The notes under the pieces are model-generated. The model was not told the DNA's origin, searched no databases, and saw only the letters and a program-made list of their open reading frames with translations. Both the position numbers and the translations under genes were made by a program. 64,000 nt of DNA from Callorhinchus milii (lineage: Eukaryota). Each line of letters opens with the position of its first letter. Within the stretch, counting starts at the first letter, position 1. Positions 22,994 through 36,467 of this stretch are shown one piece after another. The DNA is taken from contig NW_024704742.1 of assembly GCF_018977255.1 (NCBI RefSeq), forward strand, positions 93,188,001 to 93,252,000, in the 5' to 3' direction.

Positions 22994-24242
22994 GAGAGGG
23001 GGAGTCGTGGAACAAAATGTATCTTTGCATTGATGTGTGTGTGTGTGTATGTGGGGGAGAGGGAGAGAAAATAAAGTAAATGGCTTTATTGGCTGTGATT
23101 GCAGTCCGAAAAAAAATGTAATAATAATAATAATAATTATGATGATAATTTTTTCCCCCACACATCCCCCGCACCGCTTTGTTTTGTTTTGTTTTGTTTC
23201 CCTTCTCCCCTTCCTTTTCCTCTCACGATTTGTTTCACGTCGGTTCCTCGTTCCCCTCCTGAACGCTGTGGCCGAGCAGAGCGTTTGCAGTGAATTGGAT
23301 TTATTTGGGGAGGGTTCAGGGACTCGTGTTTGTCGAGGTGTCATGTTTGGTGTTTGTCTGTGTTTTTATTATTTTTATTATTTTTTAATTAAAAAAAAAG
23401 CACATTTCTGGCCTCGCCTTATACCGACACTACCCCTCTCCCTCTCTCTCTCCTCTCCCTCTCTCTCTCCCCACTTCTTCCACCAGCACCAGCAGAATGT
23501 ACCTTAGATATAAACGTAAATGAACTCTGATTCTTATTCATTTTCCAACCACTCCTTTCGAAAACTACATGAAGAAAAAAAAACCTGTATTGCATCACAG
23601 ACAATATTTCCTAAGTGAGACAATTTCCTGTTTGACTTTTGAGCTGAGCCACTGCTGTGTGTGTGTGTGTGTGTGTGACATCCATAACCATTTGGATTAA
23701 ATATTATCCAGCAGATTAGCAATTTTTTTTTAGTTTTTAAAAGAAAACTTAAAACTCAAATGCAAAGAAATTGCTTGTAAGCCCAAACCCGTAAAGGTAC
23801 TCTTTGACACAGCTGCAATAGTGTCTCGTCCACCTCTGAGTGGTATGTGTAAACTAAAGCTGACTTGGACTGGCTTAATATGTTAGTTTATTGACCTGCT
23901 TTGAGTAGAGTACTGCCTATTGCGTGGTGGGTTCAACTCTTTTTCTCTCTTTTCCCCCCCAAAAAACACACACCCACTTACAAAGTTGCACACGCAGTTT
24001 GCACAGAAACGAAACAGAAAGAAACCCTCATACCACGTTTTCCCCAAACCTCTTAACTTTACTGTTTGGGTTCCTATCACCTCATGCACAATGATGGCTG
24101 GGCTCCAGTGACTCTTGACTTCATGTTTGTGCAATCTCAGTGGCCTACATTAGTTTCCTTGCTTGTATTCAAGCAAGACATCTGTCATTCAGTTGTTGCA
24201 AAGGGAAGAGATTTTTAAACTCAAAAAAAACTTTTGTAAAAT

Positions 24243-24560
24243 GATAATAATAATCCTTGCATTTGATATAGCGCTTTTCACGTCTTCTAGACGTCTCAAA
24301 GCGCTTCACAGAATATGCTGTGAAGGGAATTGACTGTATATTTGTGGGCAAAACGCGGCAGCCAATTGCGCACAGCAGTGTCCCACAAACAGTCGTCGAT
24401 TGAAAATGACCCAATTTATTATTGTTTTGTTTTTGGAGGGATTATATTATTAGGTGTGTGGAGTAAGGAAACTTGGCCAAAGTTTCGCCCTGTCTGGAAT
24501 TGAACCCAGGTGTCTCGCTTGCAAGGCGAGTGCTCTTAACCACTGAGCTACAAGACTCCA
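24243..24560 (-). mobile_element. Full-length DeuSINE
   Basis: Tail, Deu core and tRNA head (ctcttaaccactgagctacaagactcc) all present. Confidence 0.9.
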
Positions 24561-26619
24561 TCACATTGCTGGGGGTGGTAAAGCTCTTAAAAGTGGGGGG
24601 AAGGTTAATGTAATTCGATCTGATGTCTGAAACAAGAACATAGGACACTTCTTACTGTAGTTTTCTGCTGTTTGCACTGGCCAGGGCTGTGGACTCCAGA
24701 TCAAGACAATAAAGACAGTTGAGGAGCAGAATTGTGCAGATAATGAGACAAAACTGATCCCCCTTAGAAAAAATCTAAATTTAAGTCTGATAACCCACAT
24801 GTCTCATTTGAATCTCTTTTGAATTGCAGCAGGTTTTGAAAAACTATGTAATGGGGCAAGAATCAAATGGGCAGATGCTGGAAATCTGCATGAAGCGATT
24901 TTAAAGCTGGAAATGTACAGCAGATCAGTCGGCAGAGGGGGAAAATAGGTTACTGTCTTGGGAATAATCCTTTATCTGAACTTACTGAAGCGTTACTAAA
25001 ATCTCACACATACACACACACACACGCGCGCACGCACACAAACTGACTGGTTATAATGTCCAAAAATAATAATAATCTTTGCATTTGATATCGCGCTCTA
25101 TCACATCTTCGAGATGTCTCAAAGCTCTTCAGTGAATTGACTGTATATTTTTGTGGACCAATTGCGAACATGGGTGTCCCACAAACAGTCGGGGATTAAG
25201 TCACCAGCAATCAGCAGGGCAAAATCTACTCCAAACTAGGTTGGCCTATAGCTGTGGATTATTGAAACTGTGTCCTGTATTGTGAATAGTTATCTAAACA
25301 GGAGAGTGGCAGCAATGGAACAAATGTAAACTCAGGGTGACCGTTATGAATGATGCGAGTTTCACCTGCCCTGTCTTCTAACACCTTATTAAGTGACTGC
25401 CCTGCAATTGCTCCCAGATAGACCATCATTCTCTCACTACGTGAATTAATTACAGCTTCAGTGTGCCTAGTTTCCTAATGCACTGACTATTTCCTATTAC
25501 ACCAATGTTTTTTTTAAAAAAAGCTAATTTTGGATAGCTTTTAAAACTTCTGGCCAGTGTCCTGATAAGCCTAGTTGTAGTTTCCAGTTTCATCCAGACA
25601 AGGTCTGCTTGCCTCCTTCATTGATCTTTCCTCTGACAAGTTTGGGCCCCTACCTCAGGGGTTCCCAATTAGTTGTTCATGGTCCGGAAACCAATTTTCT
25701 GTACTGCACAGGGCAGGATGCAAGTAAATTGTGACTTGCCTGTGCTTGCTTGTTTTTTTTAGAACATATATTCCAAATAAGGTTTGTCTAACATTTATAG
25801 TCACTCACTACAGTATTTTTTAAATTGCATAAACTGATATTGACTGTAGTTTATTCTTTTGTTTCTTACTTATTGTTTTTCATTGTTAATGATTGCATTT
25901 GTAGTCAGAGGCCTACTTGTCTCCGGGCCACTGGCCAACTGTAACATCACATCCAAGTAGTATGCTTATCAGGTTCATAGATAAAAGCAAACTACATCCC
26001 ACTGTCTTGTACTGTTAACTTTCTTTGAAGTTGTGTAATATGAAAGCTTCCTCCCTCCCCCATCATTTTGGACATATGTTGAGTGAGTAAGAGCAAAGAG
26101 CTACTCGTACACAGGGAGGGTACAACCTGAGAATGTGAACAACTCGTATCTTGTGCCACGTGGTTTGGCTGAAATAGTTCTGGTCTTGGGGCTTCCAACT
26201 GTAAAAATGCAACTCAGTACAGCACCAAACCATAGTGATTAAATGTCTTTCTGGTCTTGTTACTTTAGTTGGGACACTACAGTTGATCTCGGATCCTTGG
26301 GTTAGTGGGGGAGGTTTAAGAAAAAGTCCACCGAGGCTAACTATCCAGTAACTTTCTGTACAAGGTAGAAAATTAAGAGCAGGATTGGCCTTAAATATGT
26401 TTTTCTTTCACTGCTTTTCCTCACCTTCCCCCTCTTCCCCTCCCCCATCCCCAGTTGTATGGTTTTAATTCTTGATTGGTATACACCAAAATGAAGGGTC
26501 TTTTGAGTCAGATACCAGAGAACTACTGATGCCCAAGCAACTATAGGTGAGGTGGGGGAGAGACAGAATTGATGCTTAAAAGAGAGCCTCTTTTTACAAT
26601 GTATATTAATGATGTCTTA

Positions 26620-26830
26620 ACCATCCCACAGTCCCTTTGCCTCGCTCCATTCCTTGCCTTCTTCAAGGCCTGTCTCAAGACCCTCCTCTTCCACCGTGCC
26701 TTTGGTCACGCTCCTACCCCTACACTCCAACCCTCCTGATCCCAACTCCCTACTTGGGTCAAAATCTCCAGCGCCTTGGGATAACCTCATGACGTGAAAG
26801 GTGCTATACAGATGTAATTTGTGTTGTTGT
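26620..26830 (+). mobile_element. L2 LINE 3' end fragment
   Basis: Encodes ..FKACLKTLLFHRAF-like C-terminus and ends gtgaaaggtgctatacagatgtaatttgtgttgttgt. Confidence 0.75.
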
Positions 26831-27450
26831 AGTGTCAACTATTGTCTCAGTTGGGGAAACTTCTGCCATGGCAGAAGTTGTTTGCGACAGGAGATTAAGT
26901 AATGATCCAAATTTAAGTATTACTCAAGCAGATGAATTGCTCTCTGTTGCAAAACAGCACTTTTTGGGGGGAGTTGTTTTTGTATGTAAACTTGCATCAC
27001 TTCTCAGTAACATAATATGCCTTTTGGAATTTAATGCAGGGTTCAGAATATAGCCTATATGTCTTAAATGTGTGATGGATAGATTTTTAAAATTGTGGAA
27101 TGGAACACTCCAGGAGTATCTTTGGCATGTGCTTGAAGCCTCGGATCATACATGTCATACCTGTAGCTGTATAATATTTCCACACTGTTTTTGTCCTGTG
27201 GCATCTGAGTGAAACCAATTCATGCCATGTATTCTACTGTATGGTAGCAGTAAAGAAAACCAAGAACTGGGTCAAAGAGCAATTCTACTTTTAGAAACCT
27301 TTTTAGGTGGTGATGCCAGTTAGTGTGTTTGGTGTGGCTTCAAGTAGCAATATGTTTCTTTGGAATAGTGGGCCTGAGGTTCAATTCTTCTCATCTTTGA
27401 CTCTACTGCTCCACGGGGAAAATGCTTACCTGTGGAGAGGAAGTTGGAAG

Positions 27451-28016
27451 CAGGGTTACCAGCCATGCTCGTCTGTCTCCTCTTGACTGGCTTGGAGTAT
27501 TGGTAGAATTCTCCACTTCGCTATAGATGATGTATTGCCTGGAAGCGGGAAAGCTTGCCATACAGAGATATCAATGGCAAGCTATTCAGTTTTAGCTATT
27601 TAGACTCCAGCAGTACCCCAACACATACTCTGGGGTCCCCAAGCCTTGACTCTTGCTAATCTGAGTTTAATACTTTAGGTAAGCAGGATGCGTCGTTCCA
27701 GAGAGAGAGAGAGCGCACTCTATTCCAACAATCTATCTCTGGGATTTCCATGTGTAGGTGGGATGCATGGAATTCTCATTTTGGTTTGGATACTCATAAG
27801 CACGGTGATGAGTTTCCCCATGAGTCTGACACCCAGCTAACCAAAACAAATGGCCCGGAAGAAACTAAGAGGAAGTTCAAACCTCACAGCATTTATAAAT
27901 CCTTCACCCAGGTGTCTGACATGTGGAAACTCATCAGCCTGCTTAAGAGTATCTAAATCAAATGGAGTTCCATGCATGGCTACGCATGGAAATTCCCATG
28001 TTTAAAATGGAATGTG

Positions 28017-28047
<31 letters not shown>

Positions 28048-28221
28048 CAGAGGGAATGATTCTGTTTTATCCAATTCTGAAGAGTATTAGGTGCAGGTTG
28101 GCAAGAGCCAAAGTTTGCGTTGCGGGTACTGCACAAATCAAACCAGCTAAAACTCCATAGTTTGCCATTGAATGCGTTGGCTGGCAAGCTTCCTGCTGTT
28201 TGCCCAGCTAGGATCACCCTA
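27451..28221. mobile_element. Old palindromic MITE-like element (possibly hAT-derived)
   Basis: Arms ~27540-27840 and ~27900-28200 are imperfect reverse complements; candidate termini cagggttacca / ggatcacccta; related fragments elsewhere in the window. Confidence 0.6.
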
Positions 28222-31200
28222 CCCCTTAAGGCTTTGACTTGTGGAATTATCAGGACCTGGGTTGGAATAAGAAGAATCCAGTAAAATTCAATCCTTAACC
28301 TTTGAAATAGCAGCTTGCACATCTGGAGTTTCTCAAAGTGCTTCACATAATTTACTGTAAAGTGTAGTGAATTTGTTTTAGGTGTAGCAAAGAGCCATTT
28401 TACACACAGCTGACCCTGCCTGATGCCTGCCAATATCTGATTGTAAAACCCAAGGCTTTGTATTTAAATTTTCCACAAAAAAAATCACCCACCTTAGATT
28501 TATAACAAATCCTTCCTGTTGTTAAATTTGTCAATTTATGAACCATGAGAAATGTAACTTAACATCTGAGTTGAGACTACTTAAAAACTACAGTCCACTG
28601 GAGCATTCATCATGGTGCATATTTTGAAGAATTACGTTTTGCTTTAATTTAGAATGCAGATTAAAATGTTTTTAGGCTCTTATCTAAATTCTTTAGTGTA
28701 TCAGTAATATCTTTGAAATTTTAGGAATTCAAACCCAAACTTTAAACCCATCTTGGATTTTAATGGCATTTTGAACGTTGCTTGTTTTGTTGAAGGGTGA
28801 AATTTAAAATATTAGACATTTTCAATTCTTTGCATTCATTGTCTATCAAACTGCCTTCCAGCTTTGACATTACATTTACAATTTCACCTTCCTGTATTGC
28901 TATGCTTCAATTCTCAATCACCCTTACTTTGGTCTCTTGTGTAGGTCTTCATGTCAAGACCTAGGTGTATTTTTGCATCTTATAGTAACTGTCAAAACTT
29001 CCCAGAGGGACCAAATCAATCTGTTTGAACAGTATTGGAACCCAGATTCTGAATTGTGTGTGTGTAACACTTGACTCATTCCACCTCCAGTTTCTTACAT
29101 GCCTATTATTGTCTCTTGTAGGTACAATGAAGGATACATTAACCCTAATTTGTGCTGCTGCATAAGTTGCTAATATTTTCTGACATTACATTTCTAGTGC
29201 AATATGTGGTCTCTTCTGTTCGACAGCTACTGTAGTTTAATACAGCATTCAGCAATTTAACAGAATTCACTAAGGAAAGTATATCGTGCTGACCAACTCA
29301 ACTTTCTGCAGATAAATAATAAAGTATTGCATTTGATATTGCACCTTTCTTGTCAGGGGGAAGTCTCAGTGTTTTGGAGGATTTACTGTAAAGGCGTGAA
29401 AGGCGCTCTATAAATGAAATCTTGTTGTTGTTCCTGTAAAAGGAGAGTGGCTATTCATAATTTGCCTCGCTACCACATCCTTTCTCTTTCTTCCCCTACC
29501 TACCACTATCCACAGCAATATAGGATGTTCACTGTTTTTCTACCTCCCTTGCTGCTAAATCTCCAGTGGGTGCTTGGATAAAGAGCACTTTGGAACGTCC
29601 TCCCGATGAGAAAAGCGCTTTGTAAATTGTATTGTAAACCAGTGAAATGCCGTAAAGAACTATCTGCGGGTTGCTATGGGAAACTGTTTTCTGGCTCCCA
29701 ATGGGCATTTGTTATAGCAAAGCTGCTTGTCCTAGGTGCAGGATGTGTTTCATCCAACAGAGGAGGGAAAAGATGCCTTAAAAATTACACTAACAAACTA
29801 TTGTACCTGATACAATTTCTGCTGAGTGACTGTAAAATTATCCATTTTCTTAAGTTCTTTAATATAGGCCAGTTTTAAATCGTAATCAATTTGCTCTTGA
29901 TCGCTCTAGAAATGAATGTTAATTTTTAAAATGTGCATAAATCATTTTTTTAAAATTTTGCTTGAAGTCTAGGGGTATGAGCACAACATTGAGCTAGTTG
30001 GGGGAAAAGGGAAAGTCCATCTGTAAAACAAATAATTTTTCAAGAAAAAAATCTCTGCTGCCTGATGTCCTGACCAGGATAATAATTCCAGCTCTGTGTC
30101 CCAAGGTTGGAGCATTGTCTCGCAATGCCTTTTTGCTTAACCTTGGCTTACAGCAGATCCTGCCGCTCACTGCTTCAGTGAAGCAGTAGGAGGGGGACGT
30201 GGTGCTTCAAACTGAGGTTAAGAGAAGAAATGTGTCTTGTGTGTGCTCTTGCTGCAGATGTGGAGGCTGACCTCCTCAGGGTATTAATGAAGAAAAGTCA
30301 CTTTTAAGGCTTCTCCCAGCATATTCTTTTAAAATTTGATAGGTGCTTTACATGATTTTAAAATGACCAAATGTCAACATTGTCCCAAGAACTGACTAGA
30401 TTTAGGACAGCTCGTTCACTCGAGTACATTGCAAACAATTTGCATTATTTTTGCTCTCCACATTTCGTCACTAATTTAAACCTTTTCATCATAACTGTGC
30501 CACATTTCAACATTTTATTCCAATAGTGTACTAGATTACCTGATCCATTACTATTGAATCTTCACCTTTCCATTTATACCCCTTTTTAATATCATGTGTA
30601 TTAAAAAAATGCAAAGTAGAAACCTCTACTTTCTATATGTCAGAACCAAAGCAATAAAACACATAGTTAAATGACTGAATGGCAAGCGATGCAGATGGAA
30701 ACTGACTACTTTTAACTCTTTGTGCAATCTCAGGTGAAATGAAATGCTTTAAGTAAACAAATGGGATTAACCTCTATGGTGCAGCTATGGTCTTGCCATC
30801 AGCAGGCCTTGGATTTGAGCTACTTCATTATGTTTTGAGTTCTTTCACAGTGGGCTATTTGACCCAGACATGTAAATAGATTAAAGCTGTGGTTGTCTAT
30901 GATTGCTTTCTCTACTGTGTTTCTAAAAGGCAAGGCTTGGTTTGGTATTGGTTCAAAACTCCTTGCAGAGGAGATTGAATTCCCCGGTTTGAGATTGTTT
31001 GTTAGAAGCTAGTGGTGCCTGGCTCTGCAGTTTGCAGAGTGAAAGGCAGTTTGTTGTAAGGCAAAAGCTGCACTGTTCAGGCTGCTGCAAACACTCATTA
31101 GCCTATTTTCACAATGGCCTAATTTTCCTGCTTTTGTTGGCCTTGCACGTGAAACTGAGAAAATCAGAAAATGTGATTTCAAAACCCGGTTTTGTTTCAT

Positions 31201-34129
31201 TATCATTTGACCACAAATTTCTTTGATCAACGCTGAAACTGGGACGTCCTCCTGACGTGAAAGGCGCTTTATAAATGGAATCCTGTTGTTGTTGTTGTTT
31301 ATTGCTTGCAACATTGAGTTTTTTTTTAAAAAGTCTTATTGTAATCCTTGAATTTTGATACAACGTCTTGACATCATTGAGCCATCTGAAAGTGCTTCAA
31401 AGGGTGTGGTGTAAAGTGGCGTGACTGTGTGTAATTTGTGTGTCTGTTTTAAAAGTGATCCAGATTATATAATTTCATGAAAATCAGATGCATAAAGTCT
31501 GAATTCTATATTAATGGAATACAAAGATTAAGTGACTGAAATAATACATCATAGGATTTTAAGGTACAACCCTATTATGTTTATTAACCCACCCCCTTCC
31601 CAGTATAGCATTGGGATCCTGTGGACCAATACTAACCAGAACTGTGGTACATCTGGTTCTGGCATTGACTAGCTAGCTTCCCACATTTGCCTAAAAAATA
31701 GTCACAACACATTATTATTATATTATGGTTAACAATGTAAATAAAAAATGCAAAGATTATCAAGTGCAGAGTATACGTAAATTAGATTCATAGATTACTC
31801 TGAGTAAATTCTGTGAAGCACTTTGAGATGTCTTCCTGACGTGAAAAGCACTGTAAGGAATGTTAGTCAATGCTGACTTCAGGGTGGATCACGGGAATGC
31901 TGCTGACTTCACTTGCTGCATCCTGCGACTCGGAAGTCAGCCATTGTTTTCCGCGCTTCGCTTATAATGCAGCTTCTGAGCTATTGAATTCAAATGACCA
32001 TGTTATTGGGGTTTCCCTGTACACACTTAATGTTTTTCTACCTTTTTCTCCCCACTTTCTCTCCCCCCTCCCCCCACACACCCTGGGTTTTAAGGGGTGA
32101 GGGTTGCTTCTGTTTGATGCAGACAAAGCACCTCTCCATTCACTATCCTGTATGCTTAATTAATAATAATAATAATCCTTGCATTTGATATAGCGCTTTT
32201 CACGTCGGGAGGACGTCCCAAAGCGCTTCACGGAATATACTGTAAAGTGAATTGACTGTAATTCTAATGAAATTCTGCAAAGTCTACATAACATTTACAT
32301 GAAAGTAAAATATAATTATGCTTTTAAATTGCTATCTTTATAAGTAAGCCCACAAAGACTAATTCACCAAACATAACAGAACTTGCTCATCTCACAAACA
32401 CTGAATGCACAAAGCAAAACAACCCTAGGTTACTGTACTTGGAAGAAGGCGGGCAGAAAACTCAAATTCACCGCCTCTTTGCATTTCAAATGCTTTTGCA
32501 GATGGTGTTCAATTCAGTATTTTTACACCCATGTACACACTAAGTTATAGACTGTGCCAATATGTTTTTTCAATTTCAGTATAAAGCTTACCCCCCAATG
32601 GGTTAATTTTTAAAAAGTTGTTCTCCCTTCCAGCAATTTTTTTAAGACATAAAGCTGATTAGATGGGTGCAAACACCTGCCAGTATAATAATTTGGTCAA
32701 GGCACCTATAATGTTGAATGGCTCAAAGTGCTTCACCAAAGTTTCTGTGAAGTGTAGTGATTATTTGTAGACTACAATGACACAAACAGAAATGAAAGTA
32801 AATGATCAATTTATCTGTAAGATTGTTGGTGAAGACGCCGGGAGAAATTACCTTCTGCTTTCCAGTGATGGCATGGAATCTTTCAACACCAACATGAACA
32901 GGCAGCAGGACCTCAGTTTAACTTCTTGTCCAAGCATCTTGGTGAATAGTTCCTTCAGAACTGCATTGTGTTAGATTACTAGGCTGTGAGCTCAAAGTCT
33001 AGATTGAAGGCTTGATCCAAATCCCTGACTGTCCAGCGCCTTGGGATGTTCTCCCAACGTGAAAGGCGCTATACAAATGTAACTTTGTATTATATTGAAG
33101 CCCCAACTGTCTGACCTAGCATTTTGTAAAACCAAATGGGCCCGGCTACTATACATACATGTACCATAGATACAGTAGCTCCATCTGGTATGCACCAGGG
33201 AATGCAATTCTATATTTTGACTTGTTTTATTGCACTGTGCATCCACATCCAGGAAGATGCTGTACAGGCTTGTTAATGCATGAAGTACCTCTAATAGACA
33301 ACATATCAAACGTTTTTACTGCTGCTTGACAGACTGTAAGTCACCTATTGGTGCTCCTCCACCCACGCTTCCACCCCCTCACCACCCCGCACTAAAGTTT
33401 TGTGGCCATTACCAAATCGTCTTGAATAATTCAGTAGAAGTCTTGCATCCTATGCATTCTGGCATCCAGGATTTTGCTGATCAGTATGAGAGATTACCAG
33501 ATTCAAGCTGAAGCCAATAAACACCATGCTGGAGGCAGTGGATTTTGTACCTTCAGCCTTCCTTGGAGATTTGTGCATCTCCCTAACACTTTAAATTCAG
33601 AAGCTTGGACGTTTATATTATGTTTTGATCTGGTAAAGATCAATTGGATCTGATGTTTTGCAGGCTTCACAACAAACTGCTTTAACTTTCTGTTAAATTG
33701 TTATTTGCTGGTTAATTCTAAATTGACACAAGATTTAAAGTAATCATGTAGTTTATAGTTTAACTTAAAATTAATGAACCCGTAGCAGAAAAATGTCAGT
33801 TGCTTTAAAGTCCAGCTAACCTTTGCCTAATTACAAATTTTTCTCAATGTACAAACTCCACTTGCTGATGGGTCATTGGCATTTTTCTTGAGGACAGAGC
33901 ATTGGTAGCTTACCCCATTCTTAAAGTATTATTTACTCTAAGACAATTTGTAATGTAAAGCACTTGTGTTTCTCTTGAGCATATAGCAGTTATTTATACA
34001 GATTACAAAAAGAGATTGGACACCTGGGAGAGTGTGCAGGTGGCTCAGGTGTGCAGCCTGGGACAATACTAGAGGAGATCAATTAGTTTATAAATATTAC
34101 CTGAGCTCCAAGTGACTGACCATGTTTGA

Positions 34130-35306
34130 GCTATTATCTCGAAGACTTGACTGGTTCAGGTCCTACCTTTCTCACTGCCTCCACTTCGTCGCAGCAAATG
34201 GTTTCTCTTCCGGCCCCCGGACTGTCTCATGTGGTGTTCCTCAGGGCTCTGTCCTCGGTCCCATTCTCTTCACCCTCTACATGCTCCCTCTTGGCGATGT
34301 CATCCGCAGACATGGGGTAAATTTCCACATGTATGCAGATGACACCCAACTCTACCTCTCTGCCTCCACCCTGAACTCCAGGACTACTGTGGTGCTGACC
34401 GACTGCATGTCCGACATCAAGTCCTGGACGAGGGCCAACTTTCTCAAACTCAACGTCAGCAAGACCGAGGCTCTCCTGATTGGCTCGTGCCAGTGCCTCC
34501 GCACTTCAGGCACTGGCCGCATCAGCCTCCACGCTGCACAGTCAACCTTACTGAGCCATTCAGGAACCTGGGTATCTTGTTTGACCCTGAACTGTCCTTT
34601 CTCCCCCACATCCGCGCCATGACTGGCACTGCCTACCACCACCTCCGCAACATTGCCAGACTCCGCCACTGCCTCACCCCTCAGGCTGCCGAAACCCTCA
34701 CTCACGCATCCATCACCTCAGGGCTCGATTACGGAACTCCCTCCTCATCGGCCTTCCCAACTCTTCCCTTCACAAGATGCAGATCATTCAAAACTCTGCA
34801 GCTCGTGTACTCTCACGCGCCAGGCTCCGCAACCTCATCACTCCCACCCTCGCCCGACTCCACAGGAGGAGAGGATCGCCCCAGAGGATCGAGTTCAAGA
34901 TTCACGTCCTCACCTTTAAGGCCATCCATGGCCTTGCCCTCTCCTACCTCTGTGACCTGCTGACTCCCTACCAACCTGCTCGCTCCCTCCATTCATCGGG
35001 CTCCGGGCTGCTCCATGTCTCCCGCCCGACCCGCCCTACCATCGATGGCCGGGCTTTCAGCCTCTCTACCCCCACACACTGGAACTCCGTCCCACGGTCC
35101 CTTCACCTCGCTTCCTCCCTTGCCTCCTTCAAGTCCGCTCTCAAGACCCTTCTCTTCGAATGTGCCTTTGGTCTCCCTCCCACCTCTCTCCTTCCCTCAC
35201 CCCCACACCACCCCTCCCCATGCTCGGGCTCCGACACCTGACTGTTCAACGCTTTGGGATGTCCACCCGACATGAAAGGTGCTCTATAAATGTAATTTTG
35301 TTGTTG
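34130..35306 (+). mobile_element. 5'-truncated L2 LINE (RT C-terminal half and 3' UTR)
   Basis: [10 protein letters not shown] and [11 protein letters not shown] motifs in ORF 34122..34622, followed by frameshifts; tail aaatgtaattttgttgttg. Confidence 0.92.
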
Positions 35307-36209
35307 CTTATTATAACGTATGCTTCAAATGATCAATTTTCTAGTCTTGACTAAGTTGTGAGTGATCTTTAAGAGTGAAGGAAAGGGGAGAAATAACTTA
35401 ATAGCAATTAGAAATGTCATTAAGTATTTCAAGTGAGTGCCCGCATCCTCTTTGTGTTTTGTAGTTGGCCAGTTTATTTTGACGTAAAAGATGGTTTAGT
35501 TTTACGTGATTTTTCCGTGGAACAGAATGAATTTGTTTCTGGTGAAACTCTTGTAATGATGCTCTGCTTTTTTTTAAAAAAAACTCCACTGAAACTTCAA
35601 AGGATAACCTCGGGCAGTATTTAGTAATCCTTAAGAGCGCCAAAGGAAATTCTGCGGAAATTCTTGACTTGTTGAACTTGTAGGAACAGTATTCAGCTTG
35701 TGTACGGAACGTGGAACTAACACTCATGCAAGCCTGTCACTGTGATTAACCCTAAACTAAAATACTTAATATTTGGCACAAACAGCTCACTCTGTTCAAT
35801 ATTTCCCGATTAACCCATCCTTTCTAGTTTTTAGATTAAAAAAAACTTATTTTTTCCCACTGTTCATTTAGGACGTAGGAGAAAGTTTAATGAAACTGTT
35901 TCGATTGGAAAAAAACAGTTTTAGGGAATTGGCTTGCGTCAGATTAAACACCAATAAACTTGTTTATGCAGAGTTTAAAAAGTGCGCTTACAGACTTCAG
36001 TTTTCATCTCCACTGGAAGCCATCCAGGACTGACGTGGCACACTCTGTATTGAGGCAAGAAAATTCATCACTGTGTGGAATATTATATAACTGTTTCAGT
36101 TGCATCACTTATCTGAATGAAACAATATAGTCTAAGTGTTGCCATAACCAAACCAATGTGATTTCTAAGGGTTAATAAATTAGATGATTTAGGCATAGGC
36201 CATACACTT

Positions 36210-36467
36210 AAATAATATAATAATAATCCTTGCCTTTGATATAGTGCCTTATCACGTCTTTGAGACGTCTCAGGGCTTCACAGTATATGCTGTAAAGTGA
36301 ATTGGCAATCTGCCAATCGACTAACAACTGGGTTCCTACTAACTGTTTGGTTAAATAGAAGCGTGTAAAGTAAGGAAACTTGCCCAACATTTCGCTCTGA
36401 CGGGAATAGAATCCATGTCTCTCACTTGCGAGGCGAGTGCTCCAATCACTGAGCTACAGGACTCCAC
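36210..36467 (-). mobile_element. SINE, older subfamily, internally deleted
   Basis: Tail plus tRNA head ending gagctacaggactcc. Confidence 0.8.
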
